In this document: in pieces, positions 62,348 through 64,000 of the stretch
Numbering within the stretch: the first letter of the stretch is position 1
Layout: each line of letters begins with the position of its first letter
NCBI GenBank assembly: GCA_964512695.1
Contig: CAZEJU010000002.1
Location: forward strand, 76,233-140,232
Source of the DNA: an uncultured Gammaproteobacteria bacterium
GTDB taxonomy: Bacteria > Patescibacteriota > Microgenomatia > Levybacterales > UBA12049
DNA length: 64,000 nucleotides
Reading direction: 5' to 3'
Program-made: the position numbers and the translations under genes
Notes under the pieces: model-generated
What the model saw: only the letters and a program-made list of their open reading frames with translations
Databases searched by the model: none
What the model was told of the DNA's origin: nothing

Positions 62348-62634
62348 TCTTCACTGCTTCAAAATATTCCGTTACTTGGAAAAGAAAAGATGGAAGCACG
62401 AGGAATACAGAAGTTATCCTCGTTCCGATAAGTTATAGTAGACATACATTTGCGCTTCATTTTATATCCGGTTAACGTAGGACCTTTTGCTATAATGCTT
62501 CTATGGCTGATAGCCGCTTTCGCTGAAGATATTATCAGTCATATTTTGTCACCAATGACATTCATAGAAACAAAGAGTACGGAAAAGTAGGTGACGCATA
62601 CACGAGGCGTTTTTAAATATATCTTATGGTATGA

Positions 62635-63939
62635 TTGACTCATATGGGTGAAAGTTCTTCCACCATACAAGCAAATAAAGTACGTTTTGACAGTTTAGGT
62701 TATGGATATCAAGACACTCTCCCTCACCAACGTAGGAAAGAGACTATTCTGGACTTAGTGCGGGAAGCTATTAGACCAAGAGATATTTGGCTAAACCCGA
62801 AAGATCACACACTACGCGTTAGTGAAATTGGTATAGGCAACGGTTTTTTATCAGAAGGGTATAGAAGTATATTTGAAGGTCTCCCCTTCCCGACGAGTAT
62901 CACGGGAGTTGATTTAAACTCTACAATGTTGGCAGATCTACAAAAGAAAGGAATAATTGATATGGGTGTTTTAGCTCTAGCGGAGAAACTTCCCATGGCT
63001 GCTGAATCCCAAGATTTAGTAGTTATGTCAGAAGTATTAGAACATACCCGTACACCTCGATTTCCATTAGAAGAACTATACCGAGTTCTGAAACCTAGGG
63101 GGAAGTTTGTGGGAAGTGTTCCAAATATGGCTCAACTGTGGGATAGAATTGCTATGCTGAGCGGTGATGCCCCTCATCAAGTAGCACGAAAAATTGGAGA
63201 TCCAACTTTTACCCATGAGAGTCATTTTACGGTTAACTTACTGAAAGAAGCATTAAGAAAAGCTGGATTTACAGAAATAGAGATTAAGACCAATCTGGTT
63301 CGTCTATTACGTAAAGATGATGGAACTGCTTTTCCCTTTTTGAGTGAAATTATTAAAAATACTGCACCTGGACTAGGGGACAGGTTAATATGGACCGCAA
63401 GCAAACAAGGATCACCATTATTATCTGAGGGTGGTATTCCTACTTTGTATCTGGTATCTGGATCACCTAGAACTGGTAAATCAACTTTATCTCATACATT
63501 GTCTCAAAAAAAAGATATAGATATCGTGAGTATTACTGATATAAGATCTCAGCAGACGAGTGGTGATCCTAAGTTTGTTCCTCAAGAATTGGAAGAAGCA
63601 TATGTATCTTCGGTTGATATAATAAGAGATCTTTTGCAAAGTGGACAGAGTGCTATTTGGGAAGGCACATTCAGAAGTAGAGAAAGCCGAGAAAAAATAA
63701 AATCTCTAATAAGAAGATGTCCTAGTGGCTATAGAATCATTCCCATTGAGTTGAGAGCGTCAAGTGATATTATAGCTAGACGTGTGGAAGCAACTCAAAA
63801 AGAACATTTAGATAGGGATGTGACACCGCAGAGAGCTGTGCAACTTAGCGAATCCCATCCACAGCTTCCCGGTGCTTTTGTCTATGATACATCAGCAATG
63901 TCGGTTGAAGACATTGTAGGATCAGTGCTGAAGATATAG
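62635..63939 (+). CDS. Fusion protein: class I SAM-dependent methyltransferase plus P-loop kinase/NTPase
   Basis: MTase 'VVMSEVLEHTRTP...LKPRGKFVG'. Walker A 'LVSGSPRTGKSTL'. Confidence 0.55.
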   Translation: MTHMGESSSTIQANKVRFDSLGYGYQDTLPHQRRKETILDLVREAIRPRDIWLNPKDHTLRVSEIGIGNGFLSEGYRSIFEGLPFPTSITGVDLNSTMLADLQKKGIIDMGVLALAEKLPMAAESQDLVVMSEVLEHTRTPRFPLEELYRVLKPRGKFVGSVPNMAQLWDRIAMLSGDAPHQVARKIGDPTFTHESHFTVNLLKEALRKAGFTEIEIKTNLVRLLRKDDGTAFPFLSEIIKNTAPGLGDRLIWTASKQGSPLLSEGGIPTLYLVSGSPRTGKSTLSHTLSQKKDIDIVSITDIRSQQTSGDPKFVPQELEEAYVSSVDIIRDLLQSGQSAIWEGTFRSRESREKIKSLIRRCPSGYRIIPIELRASSDIIARRVEATQKEHLDRDVTPQRAVQLSESHPQLPGAFVYDTSAMSVEDIVGSVLKI

Positions 63940-64000
63940 AATCTCTCTTCTATTCTTCTGTTTTTATATTCTTTTGCAAAAGCATTAATTACTATATACT

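Noticed and set aside
1-64000. CRISPR arrays, rRNA genes and additional tRNAs
   Set aside because: No regularly spaced direct repeats or rRNA-like conserved stretches were seen. Only one tRNA cloverleaf (44925-44996) could be folded by hand.

Overview
This is an AT-rich (about 35-40% GC by eye) bacterial chromosomal window, most likely from a reduced CPR/Patescibacteria-like genome, read in the standard genetic code. From the 5' end it contains the following.

1. Positions 1-6644: a type-IV-secretion/conjugation-like envelope cluster. It holds a VirB4-like ATPase C-terminus, a 1210-aa membrane protein with a C-terminal SLT lytic-transglycosylase motif, and a CHAP-domain hydrolase.

2. Positions 6645-11499: the replication-origin neighbourhood, dnaN-oriC-dnaA-rpmH-rnpA-yidD-yidC-jag. 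Perfect DnaA boxes sit in the dnaA-dnaN spacer and upstream of dnaA.

3. Positions 11580-44552: mostly housekeeping genes. These are pgi, pgk, a class II aldolase, valS, def, rplY/ctc, ruvCAB, a class-A beta-lactamase-like gene, comM/yifB, purB, purA, dnaG, rpoD, a GT28-like glycosyltransferase and a Nudix hydrolase. A roughly 0.5-kb GC-rich foreign-looking segment sits between pgi and pgk.

4. Positions 44925-about 58700: an accessory island at tRNA-Asn(GTT), with different codon usage (more G/C-ending codons). It carries a large serine recombinase whose 3' end overlaps the tRNA, five unknown cargo ORFs, an XRE regulator, a convergent Vsr/Dcm pair, and a co-directional, translationally coupled operon at 52113-58680 that I regard as the candidate novel system (genes 53014, 54833 and 56275 overlap or abut).

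5. Positions 58883-63939: small accessory genes. These are a CaCA exchanger, a PhnB/VOC-like protein, a DHFR-like RibD_C protein and a methyltransferase fused to a P-loop kinase.

The candidate system at 52113-58680 encodes four parts. The first is a small protein plus a putative winged-helix protein. The second is a GHKL/MORC-like ATPase. The third is a protein built entirely from RNA-polymerase-subunit-like modules (alpha-CTD-like, sigma70 region-4-like, two HARE-HTH-like). The fourth is a GmrSD-like DUF262+DUF1524 nuclease with a C-terminal RNxxxH (HEPN-like) motif.

No rRNA genes or CRISPR arrays were seen. All domain assignments are by eye from motifs, without database searches.
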